Notes: generated by a model not told the origin, from the sequence alone. A stretch of DNA of 64,000 bases from an uncultured archaeon (GCA_963782915.1 CAWALK010000015.1:160001-224000); one strand, 5' to 3'; shown: positions 30,913 through 41,313, counted from the first letter of the stretch. Numbers and translations are program-made.

Positions 30913-32046
30913 TTAAAGTTTTTCGTTTTCCTTCAATGTTTTCAGGAAAGCCAATGTATGTTTACGCTTTAAATGGGGCATTACAACGATTCTTATGCAG
31001 TCATAACGTGGAATGTATGATACAAACCAGCCCCGCCGCCAAAGGTTATCAGCCAGTTTTTTTGTGTTTTTGCCCTGAAAAGCGATTATGTTAAGCGTTG
31101 GTTGGCATAGGAGATTAAATCCTGCCTCTTTGATACCCTCAGAAAGAAGTTTAGTGTTTTTCATGCAGCCCTCAACAACCTTTCGGAAGCCTTCAACGCC
31201 CAATTCTTTGAAAACCGCCCATGCCGACGCTGCTGAAGCACCCGTTCTTGTGCCAACAAAAGTGTACTGTGCCCTGTCGGTGAGGTAGGGTGTTTCGGTT
31301 TTGAGGCAATCAAGCATTTGGGGATTTCTAAACAGGATGCCGCCTGATGGAATCGCTGCCATACCCATCTTGTGTGGGTCAACGGTTAGGGATTTTACGC
31401 CTTCCAGCTGGAAATCGAATGGGACCTTGTTGGTTAGGAAGGGGATGACTAAGCCGCCGAAAGCTGCATCCACATGCAAATGCACCTGATGACGCAACGC
31501 TATTTCTGAGAGTTCATCGATTGGGTCAATTGCGCCTAACTCGGCGGTTCCCGCTGTACCAACTATGGCAACGGTGTTCTTGTTTACGAGTTTCTCAACT
31601 GCTGAAGCTTTAACCCTAAACGATTCATCCAATGGGGCATATACTGGTTTTATTTTCAGTAAGCTGCAGGTTTTTGTAAACGAGAAATGTGCTGATTCGG
31701 GCAACACAACCTCGGGGCAAGCAATGTTTGCGGTGTTTCGTGCGGCAAGCAGTGCGAGGAGGTTTGCTTCTGTTCCGCCTGAGACTACAAATCCAGCGGC
31801 ATCTTCTTTGTGGAGAAGCGTGCCGAGCTGCGCCACGACTTCATGTTCAAGTTGGGCGGTTGCTGGAAAAAGTCCCTGGTCGCCAAGGTTTGATTCAAAA
31901 TATATTTCATACGCTTTTTTAGCGATAGGATGGGGTTTTGTGCACATGGAACAGAGGATTCTGCCATCCGCATAACGTTGGTCTTGGGTATGGCGTTTTT
32001 TTAGTTCTGCTAAAACATCTTTTCTGGGTAATCCTTTTGGATGCAC
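30913..32046 (-). CDS. mfnA: L-tyrosine/L-aspartate decarboxylase (PLP)
   Basis: SMCTKPH, SGGTEAN, HVDAAFGG and DPHKMG (PLP lysine) motifs. Confidence 0.92.
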   Translation of the reverse strand: MHPKGLPRKDVLAELKKRHTQDQRYADGRILCSMCTKPHPIAKKAYEIYFESNLGDQGLFPATAQLEHEVVAQLGTLLHKEDAAGFVVSGGTEANLLALLAARNTANIACPEVVLPESAHFSFTKTCSLLKIKPVYAPLDESFRVKASAVEKLVNKNTVAIVGTAGTAELGAIDPIDELSEIALRHQVHLHVDAAFGGLVIPFLTNKVPFDFQLEGVKSLTVDPHKMGMAAIPSGGILFRNPQMLDCLKTETPYLTDRAQYTFVGTRTGASAASAWAVFKELGVEGFRKVVEGCMKNTKLLSEGIKEAGFNLLCQPTLNIIAFQGKNTKKLADNLWRRGWFVSYIPRYDCIRIVVMPHLKRKHTLAFLKTLKENEKL

Positions 32047-32048
32047 AG

Positions 32049-32771
32049 CTATGCCCTCGTGGCTTGCTTAACGGCGGCTACTAATTGGGCAACTAATTCG
32101 CGGGTTATGTAGCCCTTGTTTCGGTCGCTTTGCGTACATGCTGCACCACGTAACCCAGCTATGTCTGCGCCTAAACCGTAAACAACAACTAAATCCTCTT
32201 TACGCAGAGAACCAGCCAAAGCCGCCTGCATGCCGAAACTGTGTGTTGAATCTATGAATGTTTTTAATTGCTCAATGGTTTGGTTGTCAAAGAGGTTTGA
32301 CCCGTCTTTGGTGGCAGTATCAAGCATGGCAACATCTACGTTGGCTTGATATGCAATTTCAGGTATTAATGAAGGATCGATTGTGCCAATTTTTTTGGCG
32401 TCCGCATATCCTGCCGCTGCAACTTTAATGTGGGGATTACAGTCTTTAGCGGCTTTATTCACCTGTTCTAGAAGAAATATTGCTTGCTGAGGCGTTTTCA
32501 ATCCGTATAACCCAACTTTTACGTAATCAACCCCTAATGTGGCAGCGCCCAAAGCTGCAAGCGAAATGGAACCAGGAAGATTCGGCACGTCGCCAAGGGT
32601 ACAGCTTACCTCTATAGGTTTGGGTGTGAGCTGTTTGATGTTTTTGATGACCCAGGGATAATTAGCGCCCAATGCACCTTCAAGAGGGTTTTTAACGTCG
32701 ATTATATCTGCGCCACCAGCGATGGCTTCTTGGGCTTCGGCTTCGTTTTTGGGGCTGATGAGTAGCTTCAA
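32049..32771 (-). CDS. mfnB: (5-formylfuran-3-yl)methyl phosphate synthase
   Basis: LLISP, GGADIIDVKNP.EGALGA, MLDTATKDG, ALAGSL and GLRGAAC motifs. Start reassigned to TTG 32771. Confidence 0.9.
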   Translation of the reverse strand: MKLLISPKNEAEAQEAIAGGADIIDVKNPLEGALGANYPWVIKNIKQLTPKPIEVSCTLGDVPNLPGSISLAALGAATLGVDYVKVGLYGLKTPQQAIFLLEQVNKAAKDCNPHIKVAAAGYADAKKIGTIDPSLIPEIAYQANVDVAMLDTATKDGSNLFDNQTIEQLKTFIDSTHSFGMQAALAGSLRKEDLVVVYGLGADIAGLRGAACTQSDRNKGYITRELVAQLVAAVKQATRA

Positions 32772-33019
32772 TTGGGTATCACAATGATGCGGCTTGTTGG
32801 TGCCTTTAAAGTTTTCCTGTGGATTGGCAGGTGTTTTCTGCTCAAATGCGGTTATCAGTGGTCTTTTGTGAAGGGATTTGTTGGAAGACATGGCGATGTT
32901 TTCACTGTTTCCCCCCTCCTTTTGGAGCAATAATTTTGTGGGGCGTCCTTGTTTTTCTTTGTTGATTGTTGTCGTAGACCCTTCTTATTTCAACAACTAC
33001 CATTGGGCTTGGTTGGCAG

Positions 33020-33321
33020 CTGTGTTTTGGTGTCTGCGTCTGTATAGGATTGCTGGTTGGTTGCGACGGTTTCTGCAAACAGATTGGCGAAGGCATACAG
33101 GAGGTCCTTTGCTCTCACCAACCTACCCCCCCTCTATTTATAGCCTCAATGGATGCAGACGAAAACAATTTGGAAGCAGGCGTATATTGGTTTCTCGCGT
33201 GGGGTTTTATGCGTTTGCAGGCAGATTTGAGGGGTTGCTAGGCGCCTGTGCCCAAAGCCTACCCTTTGAGTTGAAACGGGACTTTATTGCTCTGCAGCTA
33301 CCCCCCTCCCCCTATATGTAG
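33020..33321 (-). repeat. two M2 motifs and one degenerate M1 motif
   Basis: Minus strand: CTACATATAGGGGGAGGGGGGTAG (33321-33298), CTATAAATAGAGGGGGGGTAGGT (33143-33121), TATACAGACGCAGACACCAAAACACAG (33046-33020). Confidence 0.65.
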
Positions 33322-33398
33322 CAGCCAAAACCCTAAAGCCGCACAAAACTGTTGGCTACGGTTAGGTTTTTTTAGGTGCACCCACCAATGAAGGATGA

Positions 33399-34140
33399 GT
33401 GTTCAACGTGAAAATTATCCCAGTCATCGATATCTTAAACCAAGTCGCCGTCCACGCCGTAAAAGGCAAACGCAGCCAATACAAACCAATCGAGAGCAAC
33501 CTATGCAAATCCAGCGATCCACTAGAGGTTGCCAAAGCCTTCAAAACCTTGGGGTTTAGCGAGTTATACGTGGCTGATTTGGATGCAATAATCGATTGCA
33601 GAACAGATTTTTCGGTGCTCAAACGGATTACCAACGAAACTGGGCTATCTTTACTGGTAGACGCTGGAATAACTAACCTAGACCGAGCAGAGCGGCTGTT
33701 TGAAAGCGGAGTTTCCAAACTGATAATCGGAACAGAAACCTTGGACAACAAAAAATTCGTAGCCGAAGCCATCCAACGGTTTGGAAGCAGCCGTGTAGTT
33801 GTTAGTTTAGACATGAAGGGCAATAGTGTGATTGTTAAAGCTGGGTTTGAGGGTTGCATTGAACCGATGTGTTTGCTAAAAGAGTTTCAGGCGATGGGTG
33901 TTTCGCAGGTTATCGTTTTGGATTTGGCTCGTGTTGGGAGCGGCGAAGGAGTAGACTTGGCTTTTCTTAAGAAAATAAAAAACGAGTTAAGCATGGATGT
34001 TTACGTTGGCGGCGGCGTACGAGGCATCGACGATTTGGTCGAACTCAAAAAGCTAGGCAGTATCCGGTACATTAATCGCCACTGCACTTCATACAGGCAA
34101 AATCTCTGTCGCAGAACTAAAACAGAAAGGCTTCATCTAA
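33399..34140 (+). CDS. HisA/HisF-related TIM-barrel protein, frameshift near 34060
   Basis: IIPVIDI...AVHA..G.R..Y.P, LYVADLDAI, LDLARVGS and VGGGVR motifs. True C-terminus LIATALHTG...GFI ends at 34140. Confidence 0.82.
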
Positions 34141-34859
34141 GCCCGTTTAGCCAAACAAACTATCCCGCCGAGTTGTGTGAGGCGTGCTCCTGCGTTGGAT
34201 TCAGCACTAATCACTCGTGTCTTAACCTGTTTATTCATAGCAATCTGCATTAACCGATTAACCCGATATTTCTGGCGACTACTCGACAAATAAACATCCG
34301 TTAACATCAGATACTCAGGTTGAGGTTTTCCTGGAGGCTGCGTGTTTAGGATTAGGGTTTCGGCTTCTTGAAGTGAGAAAAGGACAAGATTATCTGAGGA
34401 GCTTAAGCGTTTTTCCAGGACTTCAAGGAGGTTTTCGGTTTCTTGTGTAGCGTTCTCTTGGATTAATTGCTTGAAAGTGCCCTTCTGAGTTAAGATTTGG
34501 ACTTGGGTGGGTGTGCTTGCGGAACCCACAATCACCGATATTTGCGCTTTATTTGTCCCCTGCAGAAGCCATGTATGATGGGCGGTTACGTGTTTTTGGA
34601 GGTCTTGGGCATAGCTGGTTCTTGGGGCGGAAGCGATTATGATGCTTTTTACGCCCTCTTTGAATGCTATACGTAGGGCATTGATGATTGCCTCGTGGAA
34701 GTTATAGAGGGCTTTTTGGTCTTTTCGGTCGCCGTTTAGGGGTATTGTTTGTTGGGGTTTGGCGACTTGGCTAAAGATTTGCCAGATTGCAGCGTGGTCT
34801 TGCTCTACACCTATGAGGATGGCGACAGGGTATCCTCGACGGTAATTTTTGGGTTTCAT
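34137..34859 (-). CDS. pelota/eRF1 middle and C-domain-like protein
   Basis: IIIASAP and VISAESNAGARLTQLGGIVCL resemble pelota domains 2-3. 240 aa, no N domain. Confidence 0.6.
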   Translation of the reverse strand: MKPKNYRRGYPVAILIGVEQDHAAIWQIFSQVAKPQQTIPLNGDRKDQKALYNFHEAIINALRIAFKEGVKSIIIASAPRTSYAQDLQKHVTAHHTWLLQGTNKAQISVIVGSASTPTQVQILTQKGTFKQLIQENATQETENLLEVLEKRLSSSDNLVLFSLQEAETLILNTQPPGKPQPEYLMLTDVYLSSSRQKYRVNRLMQIAMNKQVKTRVISAESNAGARLTQLGGIVCLAKRA

Positions 34860-34962
34860 TGTATCCGCTGTATTGTTGGGGGCTGGCTTATTTTAGGTGT
34901 TGCATAACCTCATAAACGGCATGTTTATGAAACCCAAAAACCGATTATTTGTGAGGATTCTT

Positions 34963-35289
34963 ATGAATAAAATCTATAGCAAACATGACCTCGATACAGA
35001 ACTGGCTAAAACCAAGAAAGTCCTTGTCCTGTTTTACGCTACATGGTGCCCTTATTGCGTTCGTTTTGTTCCATTCTTCACCCAAAAAGTGGCGCCTTTG
35101 GGCTTCGAAAACATAGTCCATGTGCTGCTAGACGATTATGACAACCCCCTGTGGGATGAGTATGACATCTCTGCGGTTCCAACGGTAATTCTGTTTGAAG
35201 ACGGCAAGGTATGTAACCGTGTAGATGGTAAATTAGGCAGAGGTCTTAGTGAGGAACAATTTAGCAAGTGGCTCCAAGACCTCAAGTAG
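34963..35289 (+). CDS. thioredoxin family protein
   Basis: FYATWCPYC active site, VPT cis-Pro motif. Confidence 0.88.
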   Translation: MNKIYSKHDLDTELAKTKKVLVLFYATWCPYCVRFVPFFTQKVAPLGFENIVHVLLDDYDNPLWDEYDISAVPTVILFEDGKVCNRVDGKLGRGLSEEQFSKWLQDLK

Positions 35290-35452
35290 CCCCTAATTGA
35301 GGCATTGTTTGCTTGACTCCTTAAAGGATGTCTCAAAAGTAGTCTTATATTAACCTAATAGTATTTTACTAGTAGCTCTTGCGCCCTTGCGTCAAGTGAC
35401 GCTTCTTATTGGCTTAGCCACCTTTGCAGGCAGCTAAAAAGTTGGTTATTCT

Positions 35453-37015
35453 ATGCATAAAAAAATTGGTTTTGCCGTTGTCGTTGTTTTTCTTGGCTTT
35501 ATTATTCTATTTGCGAGTATGTCAACGGCAAAAGCGGATTTCCAAGCTTTAAAGTTGCCAAGTACGCTTAATTTTATGGGTAATGATATGGATTCAAACG
35601 GTGTATTATGGGCTGGAGACAAAAATTTTGGCCTCTGGAAAAGCACCGACCGAGGCGCATCTTTCCAACCCGCCTATACGCTGCCCCATGATCCGCCAAG
35701 ACCCGACAATCCGTATTCAGGACTTGTCTGGAACGTTTTTGTCGATTCAAGAAACTATATTTTCGTCAGCGGAGGCGGTGCAAATAATTCACTTTACCGC
35801 TCAACAAACGGCGGTGCAAGCTTTGGCGCGGTATTAAACGCTAATGACACTAACAGCCAAGCCTTCTTCATCGCAATGACCGAGGATAATTCAGGTAACC
35901 TCTATGTGGCAACCTACACTATCGGAACAGCAATACAACCCCAAATACTCAAGAGCACAAACGGAGGTACCACATGGACCAAAATCACCAATTTCAACAC
36001 TTTCCACTTCCATAACATCAAATACAACCCCTATAACGGCTACCTCTATGCAGTCACGGGCGAACGCTTTGGTTCGTTAGTTAACTTTAATGATTCTGAA
36101 AAAATTTTTAGAAGCAAAGACAACGGCGCCTCATGGAATCTGGTAGTTGATAGAAATGACGCCGTTGGTACGGTTTATTTGGCGATGGCTTTTGTGGGGA
36201 ATTACGTGTATGTGGGACAGGATTACCCGTCTAGAACCTGCCAAATTCAACGATTCCTCGACGAGGGGCAAGCAGGACTTTGTACGCCTCAAGTAGTGTA
36301 TTCTCCGCCCAGTGATGGTTGTATGCCGTTTGTTTCGGGTGTATTCTTCAATGGTTCGCTTGTTTTTGGTAACTGCGCCGAAATTCAAAATGGAACTACA
36401 AGGGTAGTTTCGAGCCGTGATGGCGTAAACTGGAACATTATAACTTCAGCAAGCATTTTGTCGATTGAACCGCGATGGAATTTTTTCACGACTCATCCCC
36501 GAAGCGGCATTTTTGCGACTCTAAAAGGTGGCTTTTCCTATCAAATTGCCGATATGGGGCCTCAACCTACTCCAAGCGCTCCACCCATCCCTAGTTCTAC
36601 GCCCACACCTACTCTTACGCCTTCACCTACCCCAAGTCCAACGCCAACCCTTACACCAGAACCCACTATAGAACCAACAGCCCAACCAACCGAACCAACG
36701 CCTATAGCGCCAACTCAAACACCCACTTACACTCAAAGCCCAACAACAGATCCAACACTCCAACCCACAGCAAAACCCATAACCCACAAACCTACCCCAG
36801 CCCCCACGCCGACTCCGACAGCTACCCCAACCCTAACTCCCACACCTACGCATGAACCGACAAAACAATCAGCTACACCAACAGCAACTCCAAACTACAT
36901 CAGTACGAGCGCATCAAGCGGCTTATTCTTCGAAATAGCTGTAGCTGCGTCAGTAATCGTTGGAGGAACTATCTTGTCGGTTACTTTGCTTAAAAAACGT
37001 GGATTTAAGAGATAA
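35453..37015 (+). CDS. surface-anchored BNR/Asp-box beta-propeller protein with Pro/Thr stalk
   Basis: Signal peptide, repeated S-x-D/N-x-G-x-S/T-W/F boxes, PT-rich linker, C-terminal TM helix and basic tail. Confidence 0.85.
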   Translation: MHKKIGFAVVVVFLGFIILFASMSTAKADFQALKLPSTLNFMGNDMDSNGVLWAGDKNFGLWKSTDRGASFQPAYTLPHDPPRPDNPYSGLVWNVFVDSRNYIFVSGGGANNSLYRSTNGGASFGAVLNANDTNSQAFFIAMTEDNSGNLYVATYTIGTAIQPQILKSTNGGTTWTKITNFNTFHFHNIKYNPYNGYLYAVTGERFGSLVNFNDSEKIFRSKDNGASWNLVVDRNDAVGTVYLAMAFVGNYVYVGQDYPSRTCQIQRFLDEGQAGLCTPQVVYSPPSDGCMPFVSGVFFNGSLVFGNCAEIQNGTTRVVSSRDGVNWNIITSASILSIEPRWNFFTTHPRSGIFATLKGGFSYQIADMGPQPTPSAPPIPSSTPTPTLTPSPTPSPTPTLTPEPTIEPTAQPTEPTPIAPTQTPTYTQSPTTDPTLQPTAKPITHKPTPAPTPTPTATPTLTPTPTHEPTKQSATPTATPNYISTSASSGLFFEIAVAASVIVGGTILSVTLLKKRGFKR

Positions 37016-37048
37016 TTAAGAAAAAAGAAGAGAGAAGTTTTTGTGTTT

Positions 37049-37549
37049 TTAGGTTGGTGGTGGCGGAGGCGGTGGAGGCGGATAAGATTGGGATGTTGAT
37101 GCGAACGATTGCCCTGTTCGGACAAAGGTTACTCCTCCGTAGCGGTCAAGGAATTTTTGGCGTTTATCTCCGGGTGTAACAATTCCGACTATCCAGTCCA
37201 ATATCAGTAGTGCCCAGAAGATTTTGCTTATGTTGCGAATGAGTGCTTTGTCAAAGGGTACTTTTCCACCGGTGACCGTTCGTACTTGTATGCCAAGCAA
37301 TCTTTTGCCGATAGTTGCGCCCCAGTAGAAATCAAGTATTGTGAAATATAGCACTAGCAGAACGCCCCAGATGAATGAAGAGGTAAGGAAGCTCCAACCG
37401 AGAAGATTAAAGCCACCTGTAAATATGGATGCAATGGCGAAAACAGCGCTTATTAGGGCTGTTACAATCAGTAAAATTATGCCGTCGATGGCGAAAGCTA
37501 TTAAGCGTATTAGCCAATGGCCCCAGTCTATTTGCTCAGTACTTGTCAT
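37049..37549 (-). CDS. RDD family membrane protein
   Basis: RLIAFAID, GATIGKRLLGI, RN and Q..LD motifs, poly-Pro tail. Confidence 0.88.
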   Translation of the reverse strand: MTSTEQIDWGHWLIRLIAFAIDGIILLIVTALISAVFAIASIFTGGFNLLGWSFLTSSFIWGVLLVLYFTILDFYWGATIGKRLLGIQVRTVTGGKVPFDKALIRNISKIFWALLILDWIVGIVTPGDKRQKFLDRYGGVTFVRTGQSFASTSQSYPPPPPPPPPT

Positions 37550-37645
37550 TTTCTTTTAAACTCCTGATAGTCACTTTTGGAATACCAAGCTATTAATAGT
37601 TTCTATCAACCAACAGATCGCTGCCAATCAAAACATAAAGAAAAG

Positions 37646-38296
37646 TCAGGGCTTAACGCCGACTAAAAGAGCAATCTCAAGCCACTTCCAATAACAATCC
37701 ACATCAACAAAACCGATCTCCCGCAACCACCCCAACTGCGTTTCAACATCCAAAAGCTTGTTTGAAGGATCCTCTGTTTCATGCATCTGCCCAATCGCTA
37801 AAAAAAACCTACGATGCAACTCCAAGGTAGAGGAAGATACGTGTTCAAAATTGCAGAAGACGCCTCCATGGTTCAGGTGGCTGAATACTTCAGTGTAGAG
37901 TTGCCTCTTTCGCTCGTGGGTCAAGTGATGTATGGCTAAACTTGAAACTATGGCGTCAAAGCAACCCAAATCTTCGGGAAGCGGCAAGCTGAAGTCATGC
38001 TTAACTATACTGATTCGCTTGTCGTCTTGGAACCGACTTTTAGCTTTGGTTAGCATTGGATCGGAGAAATCCAGAGCCACACCCTGCTTGATTTGGGGAT
38101 GGCTTGCAAGAACCAGTGAGAGCAATCTGCCGTCGCCAGTGCCCAAATCTAGAACCTGCTCAGCGCTTTTGGGTATTTGCTCTAAAAGCACGTTTTCGCC
38201 TTCGGTTCTATGCGGTAGCTTGTGGGCTCTGGATAAATACTTGAAGGCATGCTTTTTTGTTTGCCATTCACTCTGCGGTGATTCGTCATTGTGCAT
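37646..38296 (-). CDS. class I SAM-dependent methyltransferase
   Basis: VLDLGTGDG and FDAIVSSLAIHHL motifs. Confidence 0.88.
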   Translation of the reverse strand: MHNDESPQSEWQTKKHAFKYLSRAHKLPHRTEGENVLLEQIPKSAEQVLDLGTGDGRLLSLVLASHPQIKQGVALDFSDPMLTKAKSRFQDDKRISIVKHDFSLPLPEDLGCFDAIVSSLAIHHLTHERKRQLYTEVFSHLNHGGVFCNFEHVSSSTLELHRRFFLAIGQMHETEDPSNKLLDVETQLGWLREIGFVDVDCYWKWLEIALLVGVKP

Positions 38297-38437
38297 TCTG
38301 AAATGCCTCTGCTTGTTTTTGGCGCCTGTTTTATTTAAGGTTGTGATGGTCTTTCCTGATTTTACGCCTTATAGGAAAATAAGCCTTATATCTCATCGAA
38401 TATCCTTATGGAAGAATAAAGAGAGGGATTTTACACC

Positions 38438-38782
38438 TTGGAATTTTGTCCCAATTGCGGTTCACGCCTTGAACCAAAAAGAACAGGCGAAGGCAACGCC
38501 TTTATGCTATGCTGCGCAAAATGCAGTTTTACAAAGCAGCCAGTTGATAGAAAAACTGAAGCACGAACAGGCGCAGTCATTCAACCCAAAGCTAAACCAT
38601 TCTTGACCGTCGTAGGAGAAAAAGACGAAGTCAACACTATGACTAAAATCAAGAAGCCATGCGACAAATGCGGAAACGACGAAGTCTACGTTTGGATGGT
38701 TCAAACACGCGGCGGAGACGAAGCCATGACTCAGTTCATGAGATGCACCAAATGCGGTCATACCTTTAGAGAATACGCCTAA
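38438..38782 (+). CDS. tfs: transcription factor S (TFS/RpoM family)
   Basis: Two zinc ribbons (FCPNCG..CAKC and CDKC..CTKC), acidic hairpin QTRGGDE. Confidence 0.9.
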   Translation: MEFCPNCGSRLEPKRTGEGNAFMLCCAKCSFTKQPVDRKTEARTGAVIQPKAKPFLTVVGEKDEVNTMTKIKKPCDKCGNDEVYVWMVQTRGGDEAMTQFMRCTKCGHTFREYA

Positions 38783-38859
38783 AAACCGCTTATTTGCCTG
38801 TATCTTTCGAAAGATATTAAAAGCCTAACAGGTATAAAAGTTAACCTAGATGAACATCC

Positions 38860-38955
38860 ATGCCAAGCAAACAAGGTAAGCCCTTAACTAAGAAAGAGAA
38901 AGACGAAAAAAGAAAGGCAAAAAAAGCAAAAGGAAGCAAAACACAGACTAGTTAA
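38860..38955 (+). CDS. putative 31-aa basic microprotein
   Basis: MPSKQGKPLTKKEKDEKRKAKKAKGSKTQTS. TATAAAA about 25 bp upstream, T-run downstream. Confidence 0.5.
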   Translation: MPSKQGKPLTKKEKDEKRKAKKAKGSKTQTS

Positions 38956-39084
38956 ACTAGCCTAAATCTGCTTGAGCCTTTACAATAATTTTTTTTATTT
39001 TCAACCCAATAGCTTTGCTGCACACCCCATCAACCGTTCTATGGATTCTCCGGAAAACCTTTTACTCATCAACGCATATCTTGC

Positions 39085-39846
39085 TTGCTAAGTGACCAAA
39101 AAATGGCTACCAAAAGCAAATGGCTCATCTCATCAGCATTAATCATCGTAATCGCATGCAGCGCACTCTTTGTTGGTCTGCAATATCAAACCAATTCAGA
39201 CGCCACACCCGATAAGGATACGGTGTTTCAACTTGCCGCATTCAACACGTTCTCAACAGGCAAATATGAGGGTACAATGGCATACAGCGAATTAGAAAAG
39301 CATGGCGATTTTGGTATCGGCACATTCGATGGCTTAAACGGCGAAATGCTAGCGTTGGATGGCGTCTTCTATCAGATCCCAAGCAGCGGAATACCTAAAG
39401 AAGTGGATGTAACCCAGACGTCGCCGCATGCAACCGTCACCTATTTTGAAGCTGACAAAAACTTCACAGTCGCAGGCCAAAATTACACAGAACTAAAAAC
39501 TTTCCTAGACAGCCAATTAAGCTCATCCAAAGACGTAATTTACGCCATAAAAATCAGCGGCACCTACGATTATGTACAAGCACGAAGCCCAGAAAAACAA
39601 GCACAACCATACCCCAACCTCACCGATGCACTAAAAACCCAAGCCATATTCAACTTCACCGACGTTTCAGCAACAGCAGTTGGCTATTGGTTCCCAAGCA
39701 GCATGAACGGCGTTGACCCAGCAGGTTACCACATGCACATAATAACAGACGACCGCACAGCAGGCGGACACATACTAGACTGTATCATAAACAACGCCAC
39801 CATACAAGTGGACGTTATCAACAAATACAGCCTAACTCTGCCATAA
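39085..39846 (+). CDS. alpha-acetolactate decarboxylase family protein with N-terminal TM/signal
   Basis: HGDFGIGTFDGLNGEM and GYHMHIITDDRTAGGHILD motifs. Confidence 0.88.
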   Translation: MLSDQKMATKSKWLISSALIIVIACSALFVGLQYQTNSDATPDKDTVFQLAAFNTFSTGKYEGTMAYSELEKHGDFGIGTFDGLNGEMLALDGVFYQIPSSGIPKEVDVTQTSPHATVTYFEADKNFTVAGQNYTELKTFLDSQLSSSKDVIYAIKISGTYDYVQARSPEKQAQPYPNLTDALKTQAIFNFTDVSATAVGYWFPSSMNGVDPAGYHMHIITDDRTAGGHILDCIINNATIQVDVINKYSLTLP

Positions 39847-39996
39847 CTCTAATTCTCTTTCTTTAAAATTGTTATATCCAACCCATCATTACCATAACAC
39901 GCCGATGACGAAAAACACGTTAGTATGATGGAGAATAAAGTTTTCTTCCAAGGATGATTACAGGAACAAATTCGGAGGCAATCGCAGCATCATCCG

Positions 39997-41205
39997 CTAA
40001 ACTTGGGGGATTTTTAGGGCACTTTTTATTTTAGCAGCCAACACCCTATGCTTCTTTTCAGTAAGCGACGCAACGATGAAAGCAACCTCGTTAATCAACA
40101 ACAGAATAGGCATGAAAAGTAAAAAGCGGTCAACTTCAAAGTTCAAACCGTTAAGGAACAGGATAATGGGATAATGGATTAAAAAGAGGGTGTATGAGAA
40201 AGCCGCGATGGAGCTGCTCCAATTAGCAACTCGCCTCTTTAGCATTAAACCTGAAAGCGACGGTAGGGTTCTGCCGTTAACAATAAAGAGACCCAGGAAT
40301 ACACAGGCGGAAATGAACAATCCAAAAAGCAGGCTAAACGAGTCATGGGTTAAAGTAAAGATTACATTTGCTTCATACCCAACTGCCGCCAATGCAAAGA
40401 GGAACGAGGCAACCAAAACGCCAGTTGCAACGCGGCTTTTTAGCTTCGCTCGCACGGTTGGATTACATGTTAAGCACATCATGGCAGCTCCCAAGAACCA
40501 CACGATGATAAAGGCACTGTAATCCCACGCGAGTGCAACAAGAATTATGCTTAACAGGGCTGCAATGCCAAAGAATAAGATCTTACCGCGTGCATTAGAA
40601 GGCTGTTTTCCAAAGAAGCCTAAAGCGCCAAGGATTATCCAGCCGAAGAACATGTAAAGCCACCATTCCACAACCAGCGTCCACAAAACCCCATTGAACC
40701 CAAAGGGAGCAATCGCCGCCGACGAAAAAGACGTACCCAAAACAGCACTTGAGGTGGCGTTGAAGAAACCGCTTGGAAACATATCCATCATAGTCAAGGT
40801 GGCAGCGAAGCCCTGAACTGAGGGCGGCTGCTCCGAATCCAAGAGGTGAGTGAAGTATACGCTATTTGTTGCATAGATACCACCCACTACAACTATGCTG
40901 ATCAATAGTGCAGGCAAGAGACCAGAGTAAATGCGGCTAAATCGGTCAACAAAATAGTTTCTAAAGCCATACTGGCGGTTTGCTGTTTTCTGAAATACAG
41001 TGTACGCTATTAAGAAACCTGAAATGGAGAAGAAAAGAAAAACCCCTATTCCGCCCAGCATGCCACCGAAGAAAATCGAATCTAAAACCATGGGTTGATA
41101 CTTCGTAAAGAAATGGCTGATTACAACCAATTCGCAGGCAACTAGGCGAACGATGTTTAAGAAGACGGAAGCTTCAGGCGAGAGGGCATTTCTGGTTAGC
41201 TTCAA
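39997..41205 (-). CDS. acyltransferase-3 (OafA-like) membrane O-acyltransferase
   Basis: FFSISGFLI, RFSRIY, LWTLVVEW and SYTLFLIHYP motifs. Confidence 0.88.
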   Translation of the reverse strand: MKLTRNALSPEASVFLNIVRLVACELVVISHFFTKYQPMVLDSIFFGGMLGGIGVFLFFSISGFLIAYTVFQKTANRQYGFRNYFVDRFSRIYSGLLPALLISIVVVGGIYATNSVYFTHLLDSEQPPSVQGFAATLTMMDMFPSGFFNATSSAVLGTSFSSAAIAPFGFNGVLWTLVVEWWLYMFFGWIILGALGFFGKQPSNARGKILFFGIAALLSIILVALAWDYSAFIIVWFLGAAMMCLTCNPTVRAKLKSRVATGVLVASFLFALAAVGYEANVIFTLTHDSFSLLFGLFISACVFLGLFIVNGRTLPSLSGLMLKRRVANWSSSIAAFSYTLFLIHYPIILFLNGLNFEVDRFLLFMPILLLINEVAFIVASLTEKKHRVLAAKIKSALKIPQV

Positions 41206-41313
41206 GAGTTCACCCAGTGTTTGATTTCAATGTAGGCTTGTTGGGTGTTATCAAGCTTACGCATGTCTAAGGGGCGGTTTTTTGTTAAGGCATTTATTGC
41301 GGAACCATAAAGT

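Noticed and set aside
36560-36895. Low-complexity C/A-rich repeats
   Set aside because: They encode the Pro/Thr stalk of the surface protein.
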